A stretch of 64,000 nt of DNA, taken from IMG/VR virus record IMGVR_UViG_3300032334_001252. The stretch is one strand, 5' to 3'. This document shows positions 50,792 to 59,720 of this stretch, one piece after another (within the stretch, counting starts at the first letter, position 1; each line of letters begins with the position of its first letter). The notes under the pieces were generated by a model. That model was not told the DNA's origin. It worked only from the letters and a program-made list of their open reading frames with translations, and ran no database searches. Source of the DNA: an uncultured virus (IMG/VR IMGVR_UViG_3300032334_001252) (Duplodnaviria; Heunggongvirae; Uroviricota; Caudoviricetes). The position numbers were made by a program, and so were the translations under genes.

Positions 50792-50831
50792 CAAAACCCC
50801 GTACACGTAATGGTGACGGGGTTTTGTTTTT
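50792..50831 (+). terminator. intrinsic terminator
   Basis: CAAAACCCCGT...ACGGGGTTTTG followed by T5. Confidence 0.8.
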
Positions 50832-50955
50832 GGAGCTTGCTGCGCCATTATACCATAGTGCCAAAACTACTGTCAAGTGCGTTTTCAATAACTTGACCCT
50901 AAACCGCAACAATTTGACCGAATTCACGGCACCCGCGACCAATTGTGTGAAGACG

Positions 50956-50994
50956 CAAAAAAGCCTACTTAACTCACATTAAGTAGGCTTTTGT
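50956..50994. terminator. bidirectional terminator after D3-like gene
   Basis: AAAAGCCTACTTAA...TTAAGTAGGCTTTT. Confidence 0.8.
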
Positions 50995-51013
50995 GTTTTT
51001 GGGGCCAATTTGC

Positions 51014-51325
51014 TCAGTTTAGGGTCGATTCTTGCAGTTTAAGTTCAATTAACTTAAGCACCTGCTTATTAACCTTTTCCAAGCTCTCCAACATCTCTTC
51101 GTCGCACCCTAGCAGTGTGGCGATGGTGGCAATATGAGCTGACTTCTTAATTGGCACCTCACCACGCTTGTTGACATACTGCTTTTTGTGGTAGACGCCC
51201 AGAGAGCTCAATTTAGCAATCACACTGCGTTCTGGCACGTCTAAGGTGGTAGCTAGTGTGGCTACAGGAGTTCCACTTTTGTACTGTTCGATCAAATTGT
51301 CTGTAATTTCTTTTGTGTATTTCAT
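51014..51325 (-). CDS. T5 D3/A2-like DNA-binding protein (paralog 4)
   Basis: MKYTKEIT...RSVIAKLSSLGVY...ESLEKVN; follows D2-like gene. Confidence 0.75.
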   Translation of the reverse strand: MKYTKEITDNLIEQYKSGTPVATLATTLDVPERSVIAKLSSLGVYHKKQYVNKRGEVPIKKSAHIATIATLLGCDEEMLESLEKVNKQVLKLIELKLQESTLN

Positions 51326-52101
51326 AATAACCAAGGTAGTTCTGTTTCTAGTGTTTGACTTTTTGTAGCCAATTGTTGTACAGGTTCAGGCTTTTTAAAC
51401 ACATCATGCGGAATTATAGGTTCTGGCATTAAGTCCCAATTGTTGGGATCTAAGATCATGAGTTGATCTCTATGTTTGGGATGTGCTAACCAAATCTGAC
51501 ACAACATAGTTTGTGTTAGTTTAGGAAGATGACCAATCTCAGTATCTTGGATTCCTGTAAGACTCCAAGTACTTTCAGCAGGCTTTTGTTGGCCTGCCTT
51601 TGACCCACTTCTTTGAGTGAGCCCTTGCGTTCTAATTTCCAATAATCTTTCTGACCCTAAATCGCTATAAACCACATCCAATGCAGCCATCAATTCAGGT
51701 TCTAAAATCCACTCCAAATTATTTAGTCCACGCCACTCACTATAACTGATACCTTGATATAATTTTATACCAGCTAAAATTAGTGGAGTAAGACTACTAT
51801 ACTTAGGATTTGCAATTTGCTTTGCGACTAATAAACTTCTCTTGATTCTAGTCAATTTCCACAATTCCTGCTGTTTAGGGTCACTGCAGTTATGTTTTAG
51901 TGTAGCTAAAACATCAATACAACCACTAGGGCCATACATAACCGACCACCTGCCAAAGTTGCCAACAAGTTGGGGCAGCAGCCAAGATTCAAAGCGGTTT
52001 AACTTGTTGTCTTCAGCCCAAAAGTTTAGTTGTTTATCTTGTAGTTTAACAATCTCTTTTAAGTCCAAATATTCAATATCTTGTTTTTTAATTTGTATCA
52101 T
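51322..52101 (-). CDS. T5 D2-like protein
   Basis: C-terminal QIWLA...MILDPNNWD.MPE resembles T5 D2 (from memory); D2-D3 order conserved. Confidence 0.6.
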   Translation of the reverse strand: MIQIKKQDIEYLDLKEIVKLQDKQLNFWAEDNKLNRFESWLLPQLVGNFGRWSVMYGPSGCIDVLATLKHNCSDPKQQELWKLTRIKRSLLVAKQIANPKYSSLTPLILAGIKLYQGISYSEWRGLNNLEWILEPELMAALDVVYSDLGSERLLEIRTQGLTQRSGSKAGQQKPAESTWSLTGIQDTEIGHLPKLTQTMLCQIWLAHPKHRDQLMILDPNNWDLMPEPIIPHDVFKKPEPVQQLATKSQTLETELPWLL

Positions 52102-52130
52102 ATTTTTAAGCGTAGTATTCCTATTTATAG

Positions 52131-52260
52131 GGACTAGTGGATAATCCTAAACGACTTGACCCTAAATTGCAGAAACACACGCTTACGGGAACCCTCGTTG
52201 GAATCGTCCCATATCGAAATGTTTCTGCATTAGACTCTGTCTTTTGAATTCCACTAGTCC
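52131..52260 (-). ncRNA. rod-shaped structured RNA / 5' leader of D2-like gene
   Basis: GGACTAGTGGA/TCCACTAGTCC outer stem, TGCAGAAACA/TGTTTCTGCA inner stem; minus-strand promoter at ~52283-52312. Confidence 0.5.
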
Positions 52261-52437
52261 TTAACTTTTTAAGTTATACTAAATTATATCATAACGGGCA
52301 AATAGTTGGCAAGCTAATTTTTTAGTGAGCAGGTAATTCGTGATTTTTGTAAATCGTAGTTACAAATTTTGTGAATTATAATTATTATAACAGGTTGGGT
52401 GTTATTTAGCAAGTGTTTTAGTGCGGTAGCGGTGCAT

Positions 52438-52791
52438 TTACTTTAGTAATTGTTTTGCCTTGGTGGTAATGTTTTGCTGTGATTTTGTCAAGTCAATGTA
52501 ACCTAGGCTTTCAAGCACTGCTATGATAGCTAATGTATCTTCCAGTTCTGCTACTAAATCTTCCAAATTGGTGGTAGTTCTGTCTGGATGTTTATTGTTG
52601 GCCCCAAACCGCCTAATCTTGCTAACTGCCTGAATGCATTCAGCAGACTCTTCCTGCAATTTGTCTAGTAGGTAATTAGTTTGTGCTTCACGAATTGTGG
52701 TAGGTTGTAACAGTGGTTGTTCTTTAGGTATGTCTTTAATTTGTTCTGGTTTATAATTCATAAGGTCTTGCATTGGAGTAGTATGCATCAT
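52438..52791 (-). CDS. MazG-like NTP pyrophosphohydrolase
   Basis: QEESAE.IQAVSK..RFG...ELED. Confidence 0.7.
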   Translation of the reverse strand: MMHTTPMQDLMNYKPEQIKDIPKEQPLLQPTTIREAQTNYLLDKLQEESAECIQAVSKIRRFGANNKHPDRTTTNLEDLVAELEDTLAIIAVLESLGYIDLTKSQQNITTKAKQLLK

Positions 52792-52984
52792 AGGTGGTTT
52801 CCAATGATGACTAGTGTTAGTGAAATGAGTGTGATTAAGTTAATGGCAACAGCTACCACAAATATGGTTGCCGCTGCTACTATAAGTTGTTTGTAGTCTG
52901 GAGGCATTATAATTCCTTTTTTGTAAATTATATTATAGCACAAATACAAAAAGGATTCAAGTGCAGAGACTTGAATCCTTTTTA

Positions 52985-53140
52985 TTACTTAGGTTTCCGT
53001 TTAGGTCGATCAGGATTAGCTTCCACATCTTGCGGCAGTTTAGGGTCGAAAGTACCTGGCTTTGGTTTAGGTTGATTGTTAGGTACTGTTTCTGGTGGAT
53101 TAATGTGTTGAATAGGTTTATTAGGATCAGGTTTAGCCAT
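52985..53140 (-). CDS. 51-aa Pro-rich peptide
   Basis: GGAG RBS; MAKPDPNKPIQHINPP...KRKPK. Confidence 0.5.
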   Translation of the reverse strand: MAKPDPNKPIQHINPPETVPNNQPKPKPGTFDPKLPQDVEANPDRPKRKPK

Positions 53141-53340
53141 TATGGTTTATCTCCACTAGGAAAAGGCCAGCTAATATCTTCTTTAACTGGCTGTTGGTTG
53201 CCGAACCCAAAAGGGCATTTAGCAATGGGTTCTTGATAAGGTGGTAGCAGTTGATCTTGCGTACTAAAGTAAAACATCAATACTGCTAGTACAATAATAA
53301 AGGTAATTGCAGCAAATGCAATTGTAAGTTCTAGTCCCAT
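53140..53340 (-). CDS. small membrane protein
   Basis: N-terminal TM; WPFP motif. Confidence 0.55.
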   Translation of the reverse strand: MGLELTIAFAAITFIIVLAVLMFYFSTQDQLLPPYQEPIAKCPFGFGNQQPVKEDISWPFPSGDKP

Positions 53341-54029
53341 AATGCCTCGTAATATTTTCCAAATAATCTAAATCCGTTAGTAATGCGATCTTGCATTTGT
53401 TTACGGCCCTCCCAGTCACACTCACGATTACCTGTCAGCTCCATTGTGTAAGTAGCTTCTTCTTTTTGAGTGATAGGATTAAAGAATGTTTTGCCTGTAG
53501 GCACACTTTTAAAGTCACCATACTCACCAGTCCAAAACTGTGCATCCCAGTTGTCATTAGTTTTGCACTCAAATGCAAAGATCATCTCACCAATAGCCCA
53601 ATCCCAACGCTTAAAGTGGTTGTCGTCAATGTCCCACTCATTTTCTTTGGGTGGTGCGCTAGTGCTTTTAAAATTGTCAGGTACATCTTCGTCATCAACA
53701 CAAGGTGCACCCTGCTTAGTAGCCTGCAATTGACGCAGCATAGGCAGTGCAATAAGTGCTAGTGTAGCATCCATTGACCAAGTATCAAACTTATCAATGC
53801 GAACATAGATCTGACGTTTATTGTGACTGTCAATCCAGTTGCACAGTTTAGTTAACCAAGTATCTTTGCCATGTTTGTCTTCTGCAAGCCAAGTACCAAA
53901 TTTATGTACCCAATCAGGCTTGCGAGGAATACCGCACTCGTCTGGTGTTTCTTTTACCCAAAAGCAGAGTGCATTAGCAATTTGATAGGGCCCGATCCAA
54001 TTTGGATACTTTCCAATTTTAACTTTCAT
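53331..54029 (-). CDS. conserved hypothetical phage protein
   Basis: ID..DTWSMD.TLA...LPML; GFRLFGKYY..LWD. Confidence 0.75.
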   Translation of the reverse strand: MKVKIGKYPNWIGPYQIANALCFWVKETPDECGIPRKPDWVHKFGTWLAEDKHGKDTWLTKLCNWIDSHNKRQIYVRIDKFDTWSMDATLALIALPMLRQLQATKQGAPCVDDEDVPDNFKSTSAPPKENEWDIDDNHFKRWDWAIGEMIFAFECKTNDNWDAQFWTGEYGDFKSVPTGKTFFNPITQKEEATYTMELTGNRECDWEGRKQMQDRITNGFRLFGKYYEALWD

Positions 54030-54342
54030 CTAGTTCTCCAAATAATTTTTTATAGTGATAATCTAAATTTAGCTCAGCACGATCAAATACTTCGCTAGGA
54101 GTAGTTAATTCAGGATCTAGACCCTCAACCTCACAAGCCCAGTCACTCAGCACACAACGTGTTTCGTTTGCCATGCTGCGAGCACCTTGTTTATATGCTT
54201 GACGCATCCAAAAGTCCAATACATCAATATCAGTATTAAAACTACGCATAGCAACCATAGCACGATTGCTACCCATATCGGGATAAGGTTCTTCATAAAA
54301 CCATTTAATAAACTCACGATCAAGGTTGTACGGTTGTGTCAT
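54019..54342 (-). CDS. hypothetical protein
   Basis: Packed ORF in minus-strand early operon. Confidence 0.55.
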   Translation of the reverse strand: MTQPYNLDREFIKWFYEEPYPDMGSNRAMVAMRSFNTDIDVLDFWMRQAYKQGARSMANETRCVLSDWACEVEGLDPELTTPSEVFDRAELNLDYHYKKLFGELDES

Positions 54343-54610
54343 TTTCTGGCCTAATAAAATAATTAAAAAATTCTTTTGGTTCACTGTCACCATCTAACAA
54401 TATAGTATATATAGTAATTATTCGTTGACTAGGAGTATACTCTGGCTCTACAAAAACTTTACCTTCAGGCAGTGGTTTTTGTGTTGCTGCGGGCAATTCG
54501 CCTACAATATTACCAATAGTGTCATCACGATAGCTAATTATTACACCATGCAATTCGCCTTCTATGGTATTAATTACAACCCTGGTGTCAGGTTTAAAAT
54601 AAGTTATCAT
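54320..54610 (-). CDS. hypothetical protein
   Basis: Overlapping operon ORF. Confidence 0.55.
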   Translation of the reverse strand: MITYFKPDTRVVINTIEGELHGVIISYRDDTIGNIVGELPAATQKPLPEGKVFVEPEYTPSQRIITIYTILLDGDSEPKEFFNYFIRPENDTTVQP

Positions 54611-54843
54611 AGTAATTTTGCTAACATTCTTTTTTCATCTAGTACTACTTGCCAATAAGGTACTACAACAATATCTGCATCTACTGGTGTTGGCCACTTG
54701 GTGACATCATCTAATTTTACAGAATACATATAAACATCTGCTTGATAACCACCAGATATAATTGTACCTGTAGTAGTGGTCAATGAATTTACACTAACTA
54801 AAACGTAACTATCGTCAGGTATAATAGTATTAGGAGTTCGCAT
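54607..54843 (-). CDS. hypothetical protein
   Basis: AGGAG RBS; overlap with neighbour. Confidence 0.55.
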   Translation of the reverse strand: MRTPNTIIPDDSYVLVSVNSLTTTTGTIISGGYQADVYMYSVKLDDVTKWPTPVDADIVVVPYWQVVLDEKRMLAKLL

Positions 54844-55081
54844 TAAACACTCCTGGTTTAATATAACCAAATGTACTTAACAAGTGATTAGTAATCTTAG
54901 ATTCTACACAGCTAACAACACCTAAGTCGTAGGTAGTCAATGCACAGTGTTGTGTGTTAGCTGATTCAATTTCACTAATAACATCGCTAATAATTAAGTC
55001 TGCAAACTCTTGTAGTCTAGCATGGCTAACGCAGTGCTCTAGTTGTGCCTTAACAGCTAATTGTTTCATTCGTTCGTTCAT
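54830..55081 (-). CDS. hypothetical protein (MNERxKxLA family)
   Basis: MNERMKQLA...EFADLII. Confidence 0.6.
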   Translation of the reverse strand: MNERMKQLAVKAQLEHCVSHARLQEFADLIISDVISEIESANTQHCALTTYDLGVVSCVESKITNHLLSTFGYIKPGVFNANS

Positions 55082-55089
55082 TATTTATC

Positions 55090-55350
55090 CTATAAGATTA
55101 GTAGGGGTGTGCTATCCTTTGGATAGATATGCGATTGATGTAGAATACCTAAAGTAATACCATAAGTGGCTACGGTTATTTGAAGCCAAGTGTTGCCTCT
55201 CTGACTAGAGTCAAATAGAGCCATCAGAGGGTTCCTAAATTTTGGAAACTTTGTTAGCTTGAAAGGTTTTACTTTATTAGTTTTAAACTTTATGCTAATC
55301 TTCCACCACTTACTTTCTCGAAAGGGAGTATAGTAAATTACAGCAGTCAT
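55090..55350 (-). CDS. hypothetical protein
   Basis: Operon ORF. Confidence 0.45.
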   Translation of the reverse strand: MTAVIYYTPFRESKWWKISIKFKTNKVKPFKLTKFPKFRNPLMALFDSSQRGNTWLQITVATYGITLGILHQSHIYPKDSTPLLIL

Positions 55351-55556
55351 TTTAAGATCTCAGTAACAAATACTTCAAATTTCTTCTCATCAGACCACTC
55401 GGCAATTTCTTTAATTCGTTCGTTCATTTTGTTTTATCCATTTAAATAATCTATAATAGTACTTGAACTGAATCGGGTGGTGTTCTGGGTCTGGTAGTTT
55501 ATCACCAAACTGTTCCACCATACTACTGTAGACTTCTAATACTTCCGTATCTGTCA

Positions 55557-55745
55557 TCAATATGTTCCACTTGCGTGTTGCATTAAATAGTTATAAACTT
55601 TGCTTAAATCTTGTTTAGACATTTGTTCTGGTGTTATATTATCAAAAGCTAAGTTATTACCAGTCCACCATTTGCAAGCCATATGTTTACCTACTAGTGC
55701 AACAACTAATACTTGACAACGCTTTAACATAACGTCGTGGTTCAT
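55557..55745 (-). CDS. hypothetical protein
   Basis: WW...N.AFD..TP motif. Confidence 0.55.
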   Translation of the reverse strand: MNHDVMLKRCQVLVVALVGKHMACKWWTGNNLAFDNITPEQMSKQDLSKVYNYLMQHASGTY

Positions 55746-55963
55746 TAGTATGCTCCCATGCTGTTGTCTACTGCATGACTAATTTCAGGCAAAAACATCT
55801 CCAACACTTTATCCAAGTCGCCGTCGCCATGCTTTTGTGAACTACGCACAGCATTGTAAATGTCGTCTAGTAGTGCAAGATATTGAGGTCCGTTAAGATA
55901 AACGCGAGCATCTTCAGCACTTTCACATTTAATTGTAATATCAAACATATTTAACATCTCCAC
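55745..55963 (-). CDS. hypothetical protein
   Basis: Operon ORF, start uncertain. Confidence 0.5.
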   Translation of the reverse strand: MEMLNMFDITIKCESAEDARVYLNGPQYLALLDDIYNAVRSSQKHGDGDLDKVLEMFLPEISHAVDNSMGAY

Positions 55964-56147
55964 CTTTAGAATTAATACCGACTAAATCACGCATATTGTA
56001 AATAGGCACATAGTTGCTTTTGTGCATAGGTACAATGGTGTGTTTGTGAGCACGCGCACGCAACTCGCCACACTCCATGCAAAAATGATGACCCAAAGCC
56101 CAACGAGCTTTAGCTACTTCACGACCACAAGCTACACAGCAATACAT
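55941..56147 (-). CDS. zinc-finger small protein (DksA/TraR C4-like)
   Basis: C..CG.....R...G...C..C; PMHKSNY. Confidence 0.6.
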   Translation of the reverse strand: MYCCVACGREVAKARWALGHHFCMECGELRARAHKHTIVPMHKSNYVPIYNMRDLVGINSKGGDVKYV

Positions 56148-56205
56148 AAGGTTCTCCGATTAATTTATAAATATATTATAAATGATTTGACCCTAAGCCG
56201 CAAGA

Positions 56206-56568
56206 CTAAAGTTGTCGACCTAATCTGATTAGTTGTTCATGAAGCTGACGAATCACTTGTTTATAATGATTGACTGCTTGACGTTGACCTGGCAGCCAAT
56301 CTGGACGTAGACTTAGTGCCAACTCTTCATTTGGTGTAACCAATATGGTTTTGAGTGTATCATCACGCCAACGTAATTTTTCACAAAATATTAACACAGT
56401 TTCCAACTTAAATTTAGATACGTCAATATCATCACTATGCAACAACTCAGGCGGTAGTGATACAGCAATGCGTGCTCCGCCATTCTTTTCCATTTGTTCT
56501 AATAACCATACAGGTAGATCTAATATGGTTATTGGCTCAAACTCCGTTGTGTAAAGTACTACTTGCAT
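56206..56568 (-). CDS. hypothetical protein
   Basis: Operon ORF. Confidence 0.6.
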   Translation of the reverse strand: MQVVLYTTEFEPITILDLPVWLLEQMEKNGGARIAVSLPPELLHSDDIDVSKFKLETVLIFCEKLRWRDDTLKTILVTPNEELALSLRPDWLPGQRQAVNHYKQVIRQLHEQLIRLGRQL

Positions 56569-56722
56569 CTTTTTTCCTTAAAGTGTAGCTACCATCACCA
56601 TTGTCATCCCACATAATGGTATCGCCAATTTCCCAGCCTAAGGTATCCCACAACTCATCAGGAATCTGAAAGTATGCTTCACCACTAGGATCCATTTCAA
56701 TCTTGGTTGTGTAGGTTGTCAT
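56537..56722 (-). CDS. AbrB/MazE-like small DNA-binding protein
   Basis: IPDEL...LGW..GD...W pattern. Confidence 0.65.
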   Translation of the reverse strand: MTTYTTKIEMDPSGEAYFQIPDELWDTLGWEIGDTIMWDDNGDGSYTLRKKDASSTLHNGV

Positions 56723-56723
56723 A

Positions 56724-57314
56724 TTATTTATAGTTTAATGCTAATGAAATTCTAGGAACAGTATTTGTACCTTGCTCTACTAAATGTCGTAAATATGATC
56801 TAAAAATCAACAATAATCCTTGACGTGCAGGAAATTTAATTCTAGTAATATTTAGTTTATTTTTATATTTAATATCTTTTAGCGGAAACATATCAGGTTC
56901 CTTAGGATCTTCAAACATAATATTACCTGAATTTTCTGGCGCACTAATATAGTACACTGCACTAAATACATTTGCATTGTGTGCATGAAATTCTTGGTAA
57001 CTACCACTATCCGCTACATTAAACCAACCTGTATGTGGAGTATAGTTGCCTTCACAACCACTAATACGTGCAAATTCGTTAACGTGTTGAGTAATTAAAT
57101 TGACAAGTGGTTGAAACATTTTGTCTTGGTACAAGTCATGTGTGCCAAGAGTATTATAAGTATTGCCTAACCAACCTTCCCCACCTATAGCAGTATTTTG
57201 TTTTATTTGTAAACAATGTTTTGCTAATTCATAATTTTGTTCTAAACTAACTAAATCTTCTTTAACATAAAAAGCTACTGGAAACCATTCCTCAATTGCT
57301 GTTGGTTCAATCAT
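56724..57314 (-). CDS. TIGR02466-family putative 2OG-Fe(II) oxygenase
   Basis: QEFHAH..FSAVYY, LIFRSYLRH, RISLALN. Confidence 0.85.
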   Translation of the reverse strand: MIEPTAIEEWFPVAFYVKEDLVSLEQNYELAKHCLQIKQNTAIGGEGWLGNTYNTLGTHDLYQDKMFQPLVNLITQHVNEFARISGCEGNYTPHTGWFNVADSGSYQEFHAHNANVFSAVYYISAPENSGNIMFEDPKEPDMFPLKDIKYKNKLNITRIKFPARQGLLLIFRSYLRHLVEQGTNTVPRISLALNYK

Positions 57315-57982
57315 TGAAATATACTTTCAGGAAAGAAAGCTTCAATGGTTACAGGTGCAATAAAACGCAAATCATGTAAAATTTGTTGTGCAATATCTCT
57401 GTGTTCTCGCTGAGTGCTAGGGTCTAGTCGTTGTTTAAGGTAAAATATCCAACTACGCATATTGCCATTCATGTACATTCTGCTCATGGTCAAACCTTCG
57501 GGCAAAATGGCACGGGCTTGCTCTTTGGCAATGCCTAAACTAAGTGCATAATCATAGTTTTCTTGAGCCTTTTTCATAATATTGCTTTGCAATTGTTCCC
57601 ACTGATAAGCAATACGCCTATCATCATCATTTTCACGAAGGTTTAATTGCATGCTGTTTTGACGATTTTTAGCGTCTTGCAGTCTAGCCTCTCTATGCAC
57701 AAACTCGCCTAACTCACTCACATCTGCATAACGCTGTGAAAATTCTTGGAAACTAAACGATCTATGACGTAGTATTTGACGACCAATGTCACGTGTAGTA
57801 TTAATCTCTACACAAACATTAGCCATTTCAAAAGGACTAGTATGTCCCTCACGCATCATATATTTTAATAGTCCAGCAATTTGCTTATTAGTTTGATTAT
57901 CAGGATTTGATACTCTAGCCATGTATGCTATTTGTTTGTCAATGTCGGGTGTTGCCCAAATAATTTTTGTAGATTGTGTCAT
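57311..57982 (-). CDS. thyX: flavin-dependent thymidylate synthase
   Basis: H.SPFE, RHRSFSFQEFSQRY, EQAR.ILP, QREH. Confidence 0.96.
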   Translation of the reverse strand: MTQSTKIIWATPDIDKQIAYMARVSNPDNQTNKQIAGLLKYMMREGHTSPFEMANVCVEINTTRDIGRQILRHRSFSFQEFSQRYADVSELGEFVHREARLQDAKNRQNSMQLNLRENDDDRRIAYQWEQLQSNIMKKAQENYDYALSLGIAKEQARAILPEGLTMSRMYMNGNMRSWIFYLKQRLDPSTQREHRDIAQQILHDLRFIAPVTIEAFFPESIFQ

Positions 57983-58755
57983 ACTGTAATTTGTAAGTGT
58001 GGATTGAATTCGTCTCTGGTTTCATAACCGTAGTAACCATGTGGGTTGCATACTAATCTAGTGTCACCAATTATAATGTCTGAGGGATCATGAGTGTGAC
58101 CATACAACCAAGTAGTATTTGATAACCCACTAATATATTCACCAAGATCATTAGCAAAGTAGTTATTCAATAGGTCACTACCACGATAGCGTTCATGAAT
58201 ACACTCGATAGCTGGCAAAAAATGTGTAACAATTACTTTTTTGTATTCTGAGAATTCATTGTACACAAAGTCAATAGCATCTAAGTCCGCATAAAAACGC
58301 TTAGCGGCTTCGTTAGTGCTAAAGTCCCGAATAGTTTTAAAATCACTAATTCTGCTTTGACAAGCCATGTGTGCAATGTGGTCAGCACGAAAGTTAGTCC
58401 ACAATGTGCCACCACAAAATACTACACCATCAATAATAGTAAAGTTATCATTAGGATTAGTAAATGCGTACACACGATCCCAGTATTCACGATTACTAAG
58501 TATTGCGTCTAACTCATTATTAAATTCATTAATACTAGTGCCATAAAATTCATGGTTACCAGGAACGTACACAATTTTAGGAAAACCAGCTTCTAAGAAT
58601 TTGTCTATAGTATGCGCTACATTATTAGCACCCACGGCAATATCGCCAGCCAAAACCAATACATCTTCACCTTTATATTCCATAAAAGTTTCAGTGTACA
58701 TTGATTTTGAACGGAAAAATTCGTGGTGTAAATCACTTAGTAATCTGATCTTCAT
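57979..58755 (-). CDS. metallophosphoesterase
   Basis: SDLH, AGDI, PGNHE, VTH, GHTH. Confidence 0.92.
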   Translation of the reverse strand: MKIRLLSDLHHEFFRSKSMYTETFMEYKGEDVLVLAGDIAVGANNVAHTIDKFLEAGFPKIVYVPGNHEFYGTSINEFNNELDAILSNREYWDRVYAFTNPNDNFTIIDGVVFCGGTLWTNFRADHIAHMACQSRISDFKTIRDFSTNEAAKRFYADLDAIDFVYNEFSEYKKVIVTHFLPAIECIHERYRGSDLLNNYFANDLGEYISGLSNTTWLYGHTHDPSDIIIGDTRLVCNPHGYYGYETRDEFNPHLQITV

Positions 58756-58835
58756 TTTGGTTCTCTGTTAATTGTTTATAGTGTATATTATACTACAATA
58801 AGCTAGGGCTAGCAAGTGTAAAATTATTTTTGTTG

Positions 58836-59315
58836 TTAGCTATAAAATATATGATTGCCTATTTTAGCCACAATAGTTTTAGTTTTAGCCCATTTAGGCT
58901 TTATATCTTTAGCATGAAAGTAAAGGGCATTGGTAGTAGGTATTAGTATATATCCTTGTAATATACCTTTAGCTAAAAGCTGTGCTTCACGCCAAGCTAT
59001 TCCATCTTTTACTTTTAATTTTTGATCTGTCCAACTAAATTGTTTGTTGGCATATACCACTTTACAAACAGTTTTATCAAAAAGTGTATCGTGATTTGCA
59101 CGATTTAGGGTTACTTTAGCAACATGAAGTTTACCAGTCATAGGCTCACCGCGTGATTCAAAGTAAATGTTTTTAGCTAAGCATACAATATCTTGTTGAG
59201 TGTAATTTTTATTTTTATAGAATTCAAATCCGTCTATGTACGGTATAGTTAGTGTTGTAGTAAAAAATGTAGTACTCAATATTGCTATGCTTGCTAACTT
59301 TTTATAAGTTAGCAT
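58836..59315 (-). CDS. SleB-like cell wall hydrolase (Hydrolase_2)
   Basis: CLAKNIYFESRGE, V.LNR, QFSW, IGNHIFY; GAAAGG RBS. Confidence 0.9.
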   Translation of the reverse strand: MLTYKKLASIAILSTTFFTTTLTIPYIDGFEFYKNKNYTQQDIVCLAKNIYFESRGEPMTGKLHVAKVTLNRANHDTLFDKTVCKVVYANKQFSWTDQKLKVKDGIAWREAQLLAKGILQGYILIPTTNALYFHAKDIKPKWAKTKTIVAKIGNHIFYS

Positions 59316-59496
59316 ATAAACCTTTCTATATAATTTTAAGGTTATTTCCTTAATGTCATGAAAATGAACTTTCATTATAACAGTTAACCACAACATTGGC
59401 AAGTATAAATTTTGTATTTGCCTATAGCTTACACACAAATTTACTTGAAAATTGTTGCCCCAAGTGATATAATGTAGAGAATCACAGGATTAATTT

Positions 59497-59697
59497 ATGG
59501 CTCAACCAAACTATACAGAAGAACTAGAACGCATAGTAATAGAAGTACTACTGCCTGTTTTTGAACAACACGTTAAAGAACGAGGATATCCTATTATGCA
59601 AACGGAAATTCCTCCAGCTTATCTACAAAAGTTTAAAACTAAGAAAGTTCTACCTAGGCTGCTTATGCCTAAAGAAAAATTAGACTTGAACCAATAA
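59497..59697 (+). CDS. hypothetical protein
   Basis: Promoter and RBS upstream. Confidence 0.55.
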   Translation: MAQPNYTEELERIVIEVLLPVFEQHVKERGYPIMQTEIPPAYLQKFKTKKVLPRLLMPKEKLDLNQ

Positions 59698-59720
59698 TTA
59701 AATTATTGTATAATATAAAT

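Larger units (their letters stand above)
49954..50831 (+). ncRNA. candidate ~880-nt multi-domain non-coding RNA
   Basis: Promoter TTGAAA-17-TATAAT (49919-49947), terminator at 50792-50831, no credible ORF, many long stems. Confidence 0.65.

Noticed and set aside
50365..53048. TTTAGGG as telomeric repeat
   Set aside because: Copies are isolated, not tandem, and always followed by TCR
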